Source of the DNA: Callorhinchus milii
Lineage: Eukaryota
NCBI RefSeq assembly: GCF_018977255.1
Contig: NW_024704743.1
Span: 70,186,001 to 70,250,000, forward strand
Reading direction: 5' to 3'
Length of the DNA: 64,000 nucleotides
The notes beneath the pieces are model-generated. The model ran no database searches. It was not told where the DNA came from and was given only the letters and a program-made list of their open reading frames with translations. Made by a program: the position numbers and the translations under genes. Positions 10,315-22,849 of this stretch are shown one piece after another. Every line of letters begins with the position of its first letter. The first letter of the stretch is position 1.

Positions 10315-13170
10315 TGGTGCAGGAGAGGACACGAGCTGCAGAGTTCTGGATGATCCGCAGCTTGTGGAGGGAAGAGTTGGGGAGGCCGACAAGGAGGGAG
10401 TTTCTGTAGTCAAGTCTTGAGGTGACGAATGCCTGTATGAGGGTTTCGGTGGCCTGAGGGGTGAGGCTGTGGCGGAAACGGGCAATGTTGCGGAGGTGGG
10501 GGAAGGCAGAGGGGGTCATGGCACTGATATGGGGGAAAAAGAACAGTCGAGGGTCGAACAAGACACCCAGGTTCCTGACTGGCTTGGTGAGGTGCAGTGT
10601 GAATTTGTGGATGCTGATGCTGCCAGTGCCTAAGGTGCTGAGGCGCTGGTGCGAGGCAGTCAGGAAGGCCTCAGTCTTGCTGCAGAAAGTTGGCTCTCAT
10701 CCAGGACTTGGATGTCAAACAAAGAGTCTGCCAGGACTTCAGTTGTCCTGGAGTCGAGAGTGGAGGCAGAGAGATAGAGTTGGGTGTCATCCGCATACAT
10801 GTGGAAGTTGACCCCATGTCTGCGGATGATGTCACCAAGGGGGAACATATAGAGATTGAAGTGGAGGGGACCAAGGACAGAGCCCTCAGGAACACCGCAC
10901 AAGATTGTGCATGGGCTGGAAGGGAAACCATTAGCGGAGACAAATTGGAGGCGCCATTGAGGTGAGAGGAGAGGCAGTGGAGGAGGATGGAGTGGTCCAT
11001 GGTTTCGAAGGCTGCAGAAAGGTCGAGGAGGACGAGGAGGTAGAGGGAGCCCTAGTCACAGATGGACAAAATGTTGCTTGTCACCTTGACCAGACTAGTT
11101 TCTGTGCTGTGAGCAGCATGGAAATCCGATTGGAGGGGCTTGTGAAGGGAGTGGTAGGAGAGGAATGAGCGAAGCTGGGAAGCAACGACTCTTTGAAGGA
11201 CCTTCAAAAGAAAAGGGAGGTTGGAGATGGGCCGGTAGTTAGAAGGCAGGGATGTGTCTAGGGAAGATTTTTTTCAGGATGGGGGTGGTTTTAGCTGTTT
11301 TTAGGGGGATGGGAACGGTGCCAGATGAAAGGGAGAGATTGATGGTGTCGGAGAGTAGAGGGGCGAGGCGGCGGTGCTGGGAGGTAAGGAGAGGGGAGGG
11401 GATGGGGTCAAGGGACCAGGTGCTGTGTTTCATGCTGGATATTGTGGTGATGAGAGGAGGGGGAGACAGGTTCGAAAATATGGAGGGAGGGATGGGTAAA
11501 TGTCAAAGTGTGGGCGGGGGGGGAGGAGATGGGGAGGGAGTGGCGGTTGGGAGGGCGGAGGCAAACTAACTGATCTCCTCGATTTTGGACTTGAAGGAAA
11601 TCCAGCATCTCCTCACAGTCAGGAGCTTAAGGAGAGAATGGGCGAGGCGTGGGAGGGTGGATGAAGAAGCCGGTTGGTGGTGGAGAATAGGAGCCTGGGG
11701 TTGTCCTTCGCCTCCAAGATTAATTTGGAGTAGAAGGATGATTTGGCAGAGGCAAGAGTTGTACATTTTGATGTGGTCCAGCCAGATCTGCCGATGAACC
11801 GTTAGGTCAAACTTGAGCTCGGTGCGTTTGCACCTGACCCTTGAGGAAGCGGAGGTGGCTGGTGTACCAGGGTGAGGTTTGTGAGTAGGAGTCGGTTCAG
11901 GAGGCAAGGGAGGCAAGGGTATCGAGATTGGTGGAGAGGGAGTTGTGGAGGAGAGTGGAGCGAGGAGGATAAATCAGTGCAGGAGATAGGCCAGAGGGGG
12001 AGGAGTTCAGATGACTCCAGGGCAGTGGAGAGGGATTGCGGGGAGATTTTTTTCCAGGGGCGGTAGGAGATGGAGGTGGGTTTGGTGGCGGTGGGGATGA
12101 GAAGTTAAAGGAGATGAAATGGTAATCGGAGATGGCTTTGTCTGTGATTGTGAGGTCCAAGACACTGAGGCCTTGGGTAATCACCAGGTCGAGTGGGTGG
12201 CCACGAACGTGGGTGGCAGAGTGGATGTGGAGGAAGAGGTTGTGAGACGAAAGGAGGGAGAAATCCAAGGAGATAGATCAGGAAGGGGTAAAGTGAAGGT
12301 TGAAGTCGCCGAGGATGAGGAGGGGTTCGGAACAGAGGCAAGGGGAAGCTAGGAGGGTGAAGACATCAGAGATGAAGGTGGGGGAGGATTTGGGGGAGGT
12401 GCACAGTAAACAAGGAGAATTTTGAGGGAAAGATTGGAGGGATGGTAGAGTGTAAGGTGCTTGAATGAGGGGAATGAGCCAGAGGAGTAAGTGAATAGAG
12501 CAAGTGAGGTCCTGGAGATGAGGGCCAAACCACCAACACAGCGGTTGGGACATGGGGTATGGTGGGAGGTATAGCTGGGTGGTGTGGCCTCAGTGAGGGG
12601 GAAGGTGTCGCCTGGGGAGATCCAAGTTTCAATGAGGGCCATGATTTCGATATTTTCATCAACAATGAGGTCACTGATGGTCAAAGCCTTGTTGCAGAAG
12701 GAGTGGACATTTGCAGAGGGGCAGTTGCCAGGGGAATGTGTGAGATGGGGAGGGTGTGATGGACTGATTGGCAGGAAGCATGGGAATAGGCATGAGGAGA
12801 GGTTGGCCCCGGGGTCTGGTTCTGGCAGTGATAGTGGGGAATGGGGCAGTCAGTGTGGCTGCTGCTGGACAGCCAATGCCGACTGCCACGGTGAGCCCAA
12901 TGGAGAATTCCCAGGCTGGAGCAGAGGGAGGCTATGGGATGGTCAAGTGGGGATAGGAGGTGAGGAGGACAGAGAGAGAGGACAGAGCGGGAAAGTTGCA
13001 GGGATGAGGGCATTTATGGGGAAGGACAGCTGAGGTCAGGGGCGGCAGCCAAGTTGCACACGCCGAGACTTGTAGCAGGTGGTTAGTGGGGCGTCATCAG
13101 CCCACTTGCATGGAATTGGGGGGTCTAGAGGTGGCACAGAGGGGGGAGGGGGGCAGGGAAAGAACTAGAT
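10315..13170 (-). mobile_element. L2 LINE, most of ORF2 (APE endonuclease + reverse transcriptase), frameshifted and inactive
   Basis: Endonuclease motifs ALIETW, LLILGDFNLH, THVRGHPLDLVIT, ISDYH; RT motifs [17 protein letters not shown] and [12 protein letters not shown]-terminal AFVTSRLDYRNSLLVGLP...IQNSAARVL. These are spread over several frames and the 3' tail is missing. Confidence 0.93.
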
Positions 13171-13174
13171 GGAT

Positions 13175-13350
13175 GTGAGGTAATGCGAGGGTTGGGGAGG
13201 ATCCAGGAAAGAGTGACCACATCATTATTAGATTTAATGAAAAAATTGAAAAATAAGAGGAACAATCAAAGACAAAAATACCCAACTGGAAAAGGACAAC
13301 TTTCATAGTGATGAGAAAGGAATTAGCACAGATAAATTGGGTAGAAAGGA
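13175..13350 (+). mobile_element. CR1 ORF2 fragment (end of endonuclease)
   Basis: Translates as ...SDHIIIRF...KTKIPNWKRTTFIVMRKELAQINW, resembling the CR1 SDH..IRF / NW...F..MR.EL region. Confidence 0.6.
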
Positions 13351-13524
13351 CTCATATCAGTCCCCAGAACATGTTTTTATATTTTAAGCATCATATACAT
13401 ATGTATATATGTAAATTTGTACCAATCACATGAACGTAATATAAATTGTTTATTTGTAGTATGTTAAACCTGACATTTCTATTCCCACCTCCCCAATCAA
13501 CTTCCCAAATCACTAAACTCATTA

Positions 13525-13905
13525 TGAAGTCCTGTAGGTTAGTGGTTAGAACATTCGCCTCGCAAGTGAGAGGAGGACCCGAGTTTGAGCAGGGTGAAAC
13601 GTTGGGCAAGTTTTGTTACTCCACATGCCTCTGCTTACCTAGCAGTAAGTAGGAACCCGGCCGATTAGCAGATAGTTGTTAAGTCAATTGGCGAATCGCT
13701 TTTCCTGGGGTAATAATTCCTTAAAAAATAAATTGGTCACTCAATCCACTACTGTTCGTGGGACACACTGCTGTGCACAATTGGCTGCCCTGTTTTGCCC
13801 ACAAAATATACAGTCAATTCACTTTACATTATATTCTGTGAAGCGTTTTGAGATGTCTCGAAGACGTGATCAGGCTATATCGAATGCAAGGATTATTATT
13901 ATAAT
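13525..13905 (+). mobile_element. tRNA-derived SINE family 2, full length
   Basis: Head tagtggttaga...ctcgcaag...gagtttgag, middle tgcctctgcttacctagcagtaagtaggaacccgg, tail gctatatcgaatgcaaggattattatt. Confidence 0.85.
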
Positions 13906-14334
13906 AATCAGATACATGATTAAACTGAACAGTGACCGTCAATAGAAATGTTTCCTTTTGTCTTCTGTTTTGGCCACATTTGGTAAAGTCAAACCTTACA
14001 TGGCTTCAATCAGGACCCAAGCAAGTGCAGCTCTGGACAGGCCTTCGCTGTCTACTGGGGAATACATTATGATTTTAGGTATAACAGGAGAAGTTATAAC
14101 AGAATTGTGCAAGTATAAATTGACACATATAGAACTGTTTTGTTATTTCTTGGCTGCTGTGGAATTAGCCCTGAATTACAGATATTTTCTACAGCACCCA
14201 TGGCTTGCATTGTGTTCCCTTGCTTTAAAATATAAAATGCCCAATATCCATTTTCCAGTTGAATCGAGTCCCATAGCAAAAAACACTTTGAATTTATGAC
14301 AAGTCTTACTTAGAGAGTCATTGTTTAAAGGGTT

Positions 14335-14540
14335 ACACTGGCCTAGGTAACAATCCCTCAATGAAATTCGTCATTCACTTCATGGTTGTTTGTGGGACAT
14401 TGCTGTATGCAACTTGGTTGCTCCATTTACCCACAAAACACATAGTTACACCACTTTACACTACATCTTGTGAAGTACTTTGGGGCTTCATCGCAATGTG
14501 AAGGGTGCTATATCAAATGTAAGGATTATTGCTATTATAC
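14335..14540 (+). mobile_element. SINE 3' half (shared tail module)
   Basis: gtttgtgggacattgctgt...gtgaag...gctatatcaaatgtaaggattatt. Confidence 0.75.
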
Positions 14541-15634
14541 TAGCGCAGAGTAAAAACAACTACTTGTGTATGATCTGTGCTTATACCTTGGTAATGCCTG
14601 ATACTGACCATAAAGTACAAAGATGCAAAACATTCCACTCCCTTGCAACCATCGCAATTAGGCCTAAACCTAAATTGGGTTAACGAGGCTAAACATCAAT
14701 ATAGGATTCAGCACAAAAATTTGTGCCACATTAAAATCGTAATGTACTGAACTTAGTTCTTCACTGTACAAATACAGTATATAAGCTAGAATGCACACTT
14801 AAATAATGTGTGTATGCAAGCTGTAGCACACAAAAATCAAGAGTCAATCCCCAGAGAAAATCCTAGCTTACGGTAAGGTGCAATAATATATGAAATCAAT
14901 TATCTGTTATTCCTAATGAAGAACCTTTAAGCACATCACCCTCAGCATTTACATTTAGATAATGCAAACACATATTTTGAAGAGGACAATACACATGCAA
15001 ACCAACAATCTGTAAACAACAGAAGGGAAGCTGTAACAAAGGACACAGAAACATTGCATTATTAATACAGCAGAGCACCAACTCTACTGTAAATGGTTTA
15101 AGACACTGCCAAGCCCCTCTAGAGACCCCGATTTTTAATCATTGCCCCAGGACAAGGGAATCAATTCGATGATAACTGTTGAGTTTAATAAGAGTAATAA
15201 CTGAAATGAGTTCCGGTAAGTCTTATAAACTGACATCCACTGGGAATTTATGTTAATCTACTTTCCAGCAAGTTAAACTCAGACAGGCAAGAGTCTAACT
15301 TACAACATACTGACATAGTTGAGGGCACTCGTGATCATGAGATACATTAATGCCAGGTTACTTACTATTAACTCTGGTATTTAACACAACATTCCCAACA
15401 GTTAGTTAAGGTCAAAGAGAAAAAAGTAGAAATAATACTTTTCTGTTCCTGACCTTAATTTATTTCTTCTCCCTTCCCTACACCCCTCTCAAACAGAAAA
15501 CCAACAGGGAATTTGGCTTATTCAGCATTTACGACACAATCCAAGCGTGCTGATGTTTTTTTCTCCATTGAAAAAAGGATGTGTTTTTGTAATTTTGTAA
15601 AAACTAAATGGAATTCTGTAGGTTCTGATGTAAG

Positions 15635-15815
15635 TTTTCTTTGGTCAGCCAACTGTCTGACACTTGCGGAAACCCATCACCATGCTTAACAATATCCACC
15701 TACGATGTACTTATGTCTGGAATGGAATGCACACTTTCTCCCTGGAAGGACACACTCTGCTTACCTAATTCCAGAGAGTATTGGACACAGGTTAGCAAGA
15801 GCCAAGACTTGCCAG
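15635..15815 (-). repeat. Family A copy 3 (3' fragment)
   Basis: gtcagccaactgtctgacac...ggaaacccatcaccatgcttaa...ctgcttacctaattcc. Confidence 0.75.
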
Positions 15816-15859
15816 AGTGTGAGTGGAGAGCCCTAATCCATGTAGGTCCCAACCTGAGG

Positions 15860-16166
15860 GAAGTTGAAAAAGCGCCCTATCAAGTCATCGAGAGGTCTCA
15901 AAACAACTTGCATTTATATAGCGCCCTTCACGCAGATATACTATACAGTGGTTTGACTGTATTTTGTGGGCAAAACGTGGCAACCAGTTGCGCACAGCAA
16001 TGTTCCGGAAACAGCTATGGAGTGTGTGACAAATTTTATTGGGGAGATTGTTGGCCAGGACACCGGGAGAAACATCTCATCTTAGATAATGTGATTCCAA
16101 GTCCTGATGTGGGGCTTGAACCACAACCTTCTGACTCAGGGTGCTACCATTGAGTCAGGCTGACAC
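15860..16166 (-). mobile_element. Internally deleted Deu-SINE with stacked tails
   Basis: Head at 16100-16166 (minus: gtgtcagcctgactcaatggtagc...ggttcaagcccc) and tail module at 15900-16065. Confidence 0.75.
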
Positions 16167-17010
16167 AAAGTTTGTGGATATAGAATGAGAAGAAATCATA
16201 GTAGTACTGACATGAGCAAACCAATCTTAGAATTTTTTTTAAAAAATTTAAAATCAAATGCCTGAGAACATTTTCTGAACAAGCATAATTTATTAGCTAT
16301 GCTTCCAAAACATTAATCATGCCTCAAAAATGGTGGATCATTTACCATATGGCGTCTTCCTAATTCTTTGAAGTTCAATCTCAATTTACAAACAGAAATG
16401 TTCTTCATCTGACAAGATAATATCACTGTGTTACTATTGCTTTACATTTTCACAACAGCTCAATTGAATTTTACCTCGGTTCTTCTGACTTGCAGGCTCC
16501 TTCTGAGCAGATCTTTAGTTTTTAACATGTAGAAACAGCTGGCAAAGGATCTGTCAATTACAATGAGGAAGGCTCTACCTACAGTAAGTAGGACATTTTC
16601 CCTAAATCAGTTTGGTGTACTCTAGCATCAAAAAACTCATGCTCCCAGTTTATGGATCAAGCAGTAATGTTTTGAAAAACAAAACCTTAGTAGTTTATTT
16701 GTTTAGTACCAATTCACTTGTTGCACAAGTCTCCGTTGTCTTTTTCTCTTCTTGCTTTGATTTTAAGCAAGGGAGTTTAATAAACCTTCTGATTTTGGCA
16801 AGAAAGGGACTAGCTCAGAAAAAATAAAACTTGTTGAATCTTGGTACATATCAAAAATCACGGATAATTGGCATTAGGATATCCAAGAGGGAAAGAGGAG
16901 AGGATTAGGAACATCCATTAAGGAAAGACACACAAGTTCAACAGCATGCAGTTACTTAATAAGTCCTCCCAGCAATTAACTAGCAATTGCTTCTAAACGC
17001 TATCTTGCAT

Positions 17011-17311
17011 ATAATAATAATCTTTACATTTGATATTGCGTTTTTCACGTCTTCTAGATGTCTCAAAGCGCTTCACAGAATATACTGAAAAGTGAATTGA
17101 CTGTATATTTGTGGGCAAAAAGCGGCAGCCAATTGCACACACCAGTATGCCACAAACAGTCATGGATTGAAATGACCAATTTTTTTTTGAGGGATTATTA
17201 TCAGGCATGTGGAGTAAGGAAACTTGCCCAGGGTTTCACCCTGCCGGGAATTGAACCCAGGTCCCTTGCTTGCGAAGCGAGTGCTCTAACCACTGAGCTA
17301 CTGGACTCCAC
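17011..17311 (-). mobile_element. SINE family 2 with well-preserved tRNA-Ala(CGC)-like head and an internal deletion
   Basis: Minus strand: TAGCTCAGTGG (A box), ctcgc-TTCGCAA-gcaag anticodon arm, GGTTCAATTCC (B box), then the L2-like tail. Confidence 0.85.
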
Positions 17312-17359
17312 ATGCATGAAGCAAACTATAGAAATGCAAGTTATTGTTGTAGAAGCTTA

Positions 17360-17700
17360 GGTGTCAGCCTGGCTCAGTTGGCAGCACTCTCATCTGAGTC
17401 AAAAGGTTGTGAATTCAAGTTCAATGTTGGGGACTTTGAATATTCATTGTCTAGGCTGACACTCCAATGCAGTACAAGGGAAATGCTGCAATGTTGGAGT
17501 TACCGTCCTTCAGATAAGACATTAAACTGAGTTCCCAACTGCCTGATTAGGTAAAGGTTAAAAATCCAGACATTTTTGTGTGCAGCTTGCTGCTGGGTTC
17601 CGCCCACAAAGTCAATCCACTTTACAGTGTATCTCGTGAAGCGCATTGAGACATTTCAACGACATGGTAGGAGCTATATCAAATGTAAGGATTATAATTA
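17360..17700 (+). mobile_element. Deu-SINE, internally deleted
   Basis: gtgtcagcctggctcagttgg head, gataagacattaaactgag core, gctatatcaaatgtaaggattat tail. Confidence 0.8.
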
Positions 17701-17759
17701 ATATGTCATTACAGTTTAAATCATTCTGCGGAGGTAACTTCCAAATGGTTTTCAGTGAT

Positions 17760-18085
17760 GGGTCAGAAGGGACTTCAAAGAGGTGTAGAAAATTTGACAT
17801 AGGATTGAAAAAGTAAATACAGATCAGTACTCTAGCATGCAACAAGTCAACAGAGGACATAGGTTTAGAGTTGCAAAGGACAATTTCAGGATAGATACCA
17901 GGAAGATTTTATTTACTCAGAAGGTAATCAATGACTGACACCAACTGCTGGGAAAGGTGATTGATGCCATGACACTGGGTTAATTTTAAAAAGCAGTTTG
18001 ATGCTGTGATGGGAAAATGTGAGTGTCCTAGAAGAATGAAATTGGTTGCGCCAAAGGGGCTTCTTCATCCAAAACAATCTTGTGT
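17760..18085 (+). mobile_element. Decayed CR1 3' end
   Basis: acagaggacataggtttagagttgcaaagg...tttactcagaaggtaatcaatg, similar to 7170-7400. Confidence 0.7.
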
Positions 18086-18272
18086 AGAATAGCAGATAAT
18101 GTTTTGATGGAGCAAAGGAAGACTAAGAAAGATGATGTATTCCTTATCCAGTGGTCATGGGAAAGAATGAATTAGAATAGAACAGAATATTATAATGAGC
18201 TTTGATTTCAACACAGTGAGGATTCAGGGTGGAAGAAGTACATGCGGGGTAGCATATTTGATGCTTGATAGG

Positions 18273-19035
18273 AACAACAAGATTACATTTGTATAGCGCC
18301 TTTCATGTCGGGAGGATGTCCCAAGGCGCTGGACAGAGTACAGCATTTCAGAAGCCAAGATGGAGTTGGGAGGGCAAGGGAGGGGAGGGGAAGGGGGGTG
18401 GCCGATGGCACGGTCGAAGGAGAGTCTTGAGGCAGGACTTGAAGGAGGCTGATGAGGGGACGAGGCTGAGTGACTGGGGGATGGAATTCCAGAGGTTGGG
18501 GGCAGAGTGGTTGAAGGCTCTCCCGCCAATGGTGGGACGGGTGGGTCAGGGGACGTGGAGCAGGCCAGAGCCGGCTGAGTGGAGGGAACGGACTGGTTGG
18601 TAGGGGGTTAGGTTGCAGAAGTAGGGTGGGGTGAGGCTATGGAAGGCTTTGTATGTGAGGACCAGGATCTTGAACTGGAGGGGGGAGTTGGGAAGGCCGA
18701 CAAGCAGGGCGTTTGCATAGTCGAGCCTGGAGGTGATGAAGGCATGAACAAGAGTTTCAGCGGCCTGAGGGGTGAGGTAGTGGCGGAGTCGGGCGATGTT
18801 ACGGAAGTGAGAGAAGGCAGAGCTTTCACATTCATGGCTTGAATGTGGGGGAAAAAAGACAGTTGAGGGTCGAACAAGACACCGAGGTTCCTGACTGGCG
18901 GTGAGTTGTAGTGTGCAACCCTGGAGGTTGATGTTGCCAGAGCCTGAGGTGTTGAGGCGCTGGCGCGAGCCAATCAGGAGGGTTTCAGTCTTGTTCACAT
19001 TCAAATGTAGGAAATTTGCCTTCATCTAGGACTTG
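18273..19035 (-). mobile_element. L2 LINE 3' fragment with tail
   Basis: MKANFLHLNVNKTETLLIG...LVHAFITSRLDYANALLVGLP...FKILVLTYKA; tail aggcgctatacaaatgtaatcttgttgtt. Confidence 0.9.
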
Positions 19036-19152
19036 AGAAGATGATCAAAGGAACATGAGAGTTACAATGGGTAGTGGTGCCGAAGCCAAAAGTAAGGAAA
19101 GGATTGTTCAACAAATGACTGGCTCTCTTGTATACTCTGTCCAGGAATACCA

Positions 19153-19245
19153 AGGGGCTCAGTTGGTTGATTGAACTCTCTCTTCTGGGTCAAAGTTGTG
19201 GGGTTAAGTTCCACTAAGACTTTAACACATGATTCAGGCTGAGAT
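19153..19245 (+). mobile_element. Deu-SINE head remnant
   Basis: ggctcagttgg...ggttaagttcc...aggctgag. Confidence 0.5.
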
Positions 19246-19919
19246 TGGACATTTACAGAATATATTAAGTTTTCTTCCACACCACAAACCTAAGAGGTTG
19301 TCAGCAGTTGCATCACAGCACAAGAATGGACAAACAGTATAATCATAACAACACTGAAAGGATCTCCAACTGCATCAATTTAATCATTCCTCCAGCTTGT
19401 TTCTCTTGTCGGTTGCTTGTGTATTAAAGTAATATTTTAAAGTTCCTCTTCCACACCATGAACCTAAGGGGTTTGCCAACAGTTGCATTACATCACAAAG
19501 ATGTATAAAATAGCAGTAGTAAGAACTACAGCTTATATTTATATAGCACCCGTCATGCAGGATAGAAACCATGTTATAATCAAATATGCACAATAAAGAT
19601 TCTTGTTATAAAGGAAATTAGAAGCATAAAAAAATGATCTAGACATTTACAGCGTGTTGCAAGCCCCTTCCTGGGAAGCATATCCCCGAGTTCTCACCAG
19701 AGGGTGGGTATTTTTGTTCAGGTGCAGGATGCTCAAAAATCTGTTCCAGTTCATATCACTAACCATGAGAAAATTATCAAACGCATTGTATTTCGCATGC
19801 GACAAGGATCACTTATATGTTGGGAGGGGGAAGGGATGCAGGAAGGGGGGCATTAAGGAAGAGGGGCGATACAGGAGAGGGAGTGGGTTGCAGGAGAGGG
19901 AAGACAACTGACACAAAAA

Positions 19920-20282
19920 GACTGGATTGAGTTCAAGATCCTTGCTCTCGCATTTGAATCCTTCAATGATCTCGCCCCATCCTACTCTTCAACTTCTTTC
20001 ACCCATACCAACCTGACCATTCCCTTTGCTCAGCTGACACTGGCCTACTCCACACCCTCTGTTCTATCTTCCCCACCATCAGTGGCCATCCTGCAAGTCC
20101 TTCATACCTGTTCTCTGGAACTCTATTCCGATGTCCCTCTGCCTTGCTCCTTCCCTCCCCTCTTTGACCATGTTTTTGGTCATCTTTCCCCTCCTCATTC
20201 CCCCTCAGCTCTGGCGGCCAGCCAGAATTGTCAGGCACTCTGGGACAGTGAAAGGTGCTATATAATTGTAAATTGTATTGTA
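19920..20282 (+). mobile_element. L2 3' fragment
   Basis: attgagttcaagatcctt (IEFKIL), ctctggaactc, tail aggtgctatataattgtaa. Confidence 0.75.
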
Positions 20283-20774
20283 TTTTGAGATGCAACAACA
20301 ACAATTTGCATTTATTTGGCACCCCTCACTCAGCGAAGTGTCTCAGAGCGCTTGACTGCACTTGTGTCAATGCCTGGGGATATATTCTGCCAGAGAAATT
20401 AGGCTTTCATGGAGCCACAAGAGGACGAGGAAAGGTTTGAGAAATTTGAGAATTTTTTACTATATATTGATATCGTTTGAAAAAATTGAAACTTCCTTCA
20501 TTGTAAAACAGATCTTTCCATACAAATATTTGACAGCAAATCCATGTTTATTTTAATAAAAATTACAGCTTTTATACAAAGACAACACTTCCAAAAAGTA
20601 ATGATTTATGATCCACATAGATTTTTGGCAAATATAATTTATTAATAATGCATATGTAACAAGAAAAAGAAATGAGTATGAGCTAATTCAGCAGTCACAT
20701 GGCCACAATATCACAGCACTACCATTGTAAACCTGGTTGTCAAGGTGATAGACCTAAACAGGCTGTGCTGATTC

Positions 20775-20842
20775 GTAACTCCTGTTAGCATTTCCACAAA
20801 ATTCTCAAAGTAACTCCTGTTAGCATTTCCACAAAATTCTCA
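20775..20842. repeat. Perfect 33 bp tandem duplication (period 35)
   Basis: gtaactcctgttagcatttccacaaaattctca at 20775-20807 and 20810-20842. Confidence 0.95.
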
Positions 20843-21636
20843 TAGGAATAGAAAGATTCATACTTTCTAATAGACATGCAAACCACCAGTCACGTATCTC
20901 CAGAGGTCCTTGTGAACATCTGGAAGTTCCTAAATTTGTCAGCTAAGTCAGTTTCTATAACTGTATGAGAATCTGCATCGTGAAGCCTCTTAAATACATC
21001 AGTGCAGTACAAACTTAACTGATCCTCACAAGTACACTGGTAGGTAGTAAATACATAGAATCAGCTATTGAATGAATTTTACACTATTGGGCAACACAGT
21101 AGTTTTGCTCTTAACTAAAGTATTCACTTCCACAAACATTATTTAATGAAAATGTTGCCGAATATTAATGAAGGGGGTACATAATGTCAATTTACAAAAA
21201 AGAAAGTTAATCCAACCTTTTGCACCTGTAAACTGTGCAACAATACATAATTCACAGTAAAGTCCATGCATGTTTGAATGCTGCTCAAGTACTTAGGGGG
21301 ACTCTTCAATCCCAATCCTGAACATGATATAAGAAAAGGCTCATTATCATCTTTGACTTTTATATTGGATCAATTGGAATAATCACTCCTCTGAATATCC
21401 TACTCTTGGTCACAAGTTTCAAATACACTGTCCTTCAAACTCCAGGTGCTCCCGGGATCCTCAATGGGTGGAAATCGAAGCTCCCTGCATCAACTGTCAT
21501 ACATTCTTTCCCATAATCTCCAAAACTGTGGAAATCCTCATGTTGCTCAGTCTTTCCTTTCTCCTAAACTCTGCAAACTTTAAAAAGACTAGTTTTGATC
21601 ACTGTTGTTGTCAAACTAATGTTCTGTTTTACTTGC

Positions 21637-21704
21637 CTATTCTGCGACCTTTCTCAACCATGGTGGCGCAGTGCACTATGAGCCTTGACTCTCCATTTCG
21701 GTTT
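21637..21704 (-). other. Candidate exon with perfect Kozak ATG and a GC-type donor
   Basis: Minus strand: acceptor cttgcttttag (alternative cttcttcctcag, exon starting 21726), GCCACCATGG with ATG at 21661-21659, peptide MVEKGRRI, then AG|gcaagt. Confidence 0.3.
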
Positions 21705-22156
21705 CTAAAAGCAAGTGTCACTGAAGCTGAGGAAGAAGGGATGAATACTGGATGGAAAAAACACATGTCACGGGTCAGCAGAGTTAATATTACTTAATTG
21801 TGAAATCAACTTTATTTCGGCATATAAATTATGTGGATCTGAATATTTCTCTGGATGATCCTTGTAGAGGAATCAAGGACAACTTATTTATTAACTTTTT
21901 ATTTGCATGGTTTCTTGGATATAATAGCTTAAATGGACAAGCTATGATATAAATCAAGTTTGTCCTTTGGAGTACACCTCATCAAGTTGTTGCTCTATTT
22001 ATACACTGCAAAGGTCAGTCTTTCCACAAGTGTTCATTGCAAGCATCACTCAGAAGATAAAAATAAAAGTGAATCAAGCTGCTGAACCATACATTGGGCT
22101 ATATGAAGCAGTCGTCTACTATTCCANTTTTTTAAGAAGTACAGCATCTCCTACTT

Positions 22157-22365
22157 AATAATAATAATCCTTGCATTTGGTATAGCTCCTTATCACGTCT
22201 TTGAGATGTTTGAAAGCGCTTCACAGAATATACTGTAAAATGAATTGACTGTATATTTTGTGGGCGAAATGCAATAGCCAATTGTGTACAGCAGTGTCCC
22301 ATAAACAGTTGTGGATTGAGTGACAAAATTATTCTTTTTTTTAAATTTGAAGGGATTATTATCCC
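22157..22365 (-). mobile_element. SINE 3' module
   Basis: aataataatccttgcatttg...aaagcgcttcacagaatatactg...cagcagtgtccc. Confidence 0.8.
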
Positions 22366-22849
22366 ATAGTTAACCATAACTACAGGAGATTTTGAGTTGT
22401 GTAATCTCCCAAGATTTCCTAAGCAAACCTAGCCTCACTTAAGGGACTAATTTGTATGAATCATCAAATCTAAAACTGCTGAAGCAGTGTTGCCCCCATT
22501 AAGATTCATGCAAGGTATTACTTATATAAATACTGCAAATGTCATTTATCACCAGATAATCCCCTGTTTTGTTTCAGATGGATAGCGTTAGGTCATTTTT
22601 TTCCTCTTAAAAACTCTTTGATTTACAAGGTTCTTTGGTTTGTAGCAGCTGAACTGAGCAATGCTATATTGCTCCAAAGTAAAACCTGGAGACAATAATA
22701 GTACTCCAGTATTCCTGATAAGAGACACATTCGAGCTGCTTAATGTCCATTAATCCACATGAGTCTATAATACAACCAGGTTGCAGATGCTGCATATACA
22801 GAACATGTCTTCCCCTGGAACTTGGAACACATGCTCTGTACACACAGTA

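Noticed and set aside
10461..13033. Many overlapping plus-strand ORFs up to 149 aa
   Set aside because: Antisense shadows of the purine-skewed decayed L2 ORF2.
15641..16153. Longest ORF in the track (170 aa)
   Set aside because: It spans a family A fragment and an antisense SINE; a chance read-through of repeats.
17240..17311. tRNA-Ala(CGC)-like sequence (also the heads at 13525, 5460-5522 and 31272)
   Set aside because: No proper acceptor stem or terminator; it runs directly into a SINE body, so it is a SINE head and not a tRNA gene.
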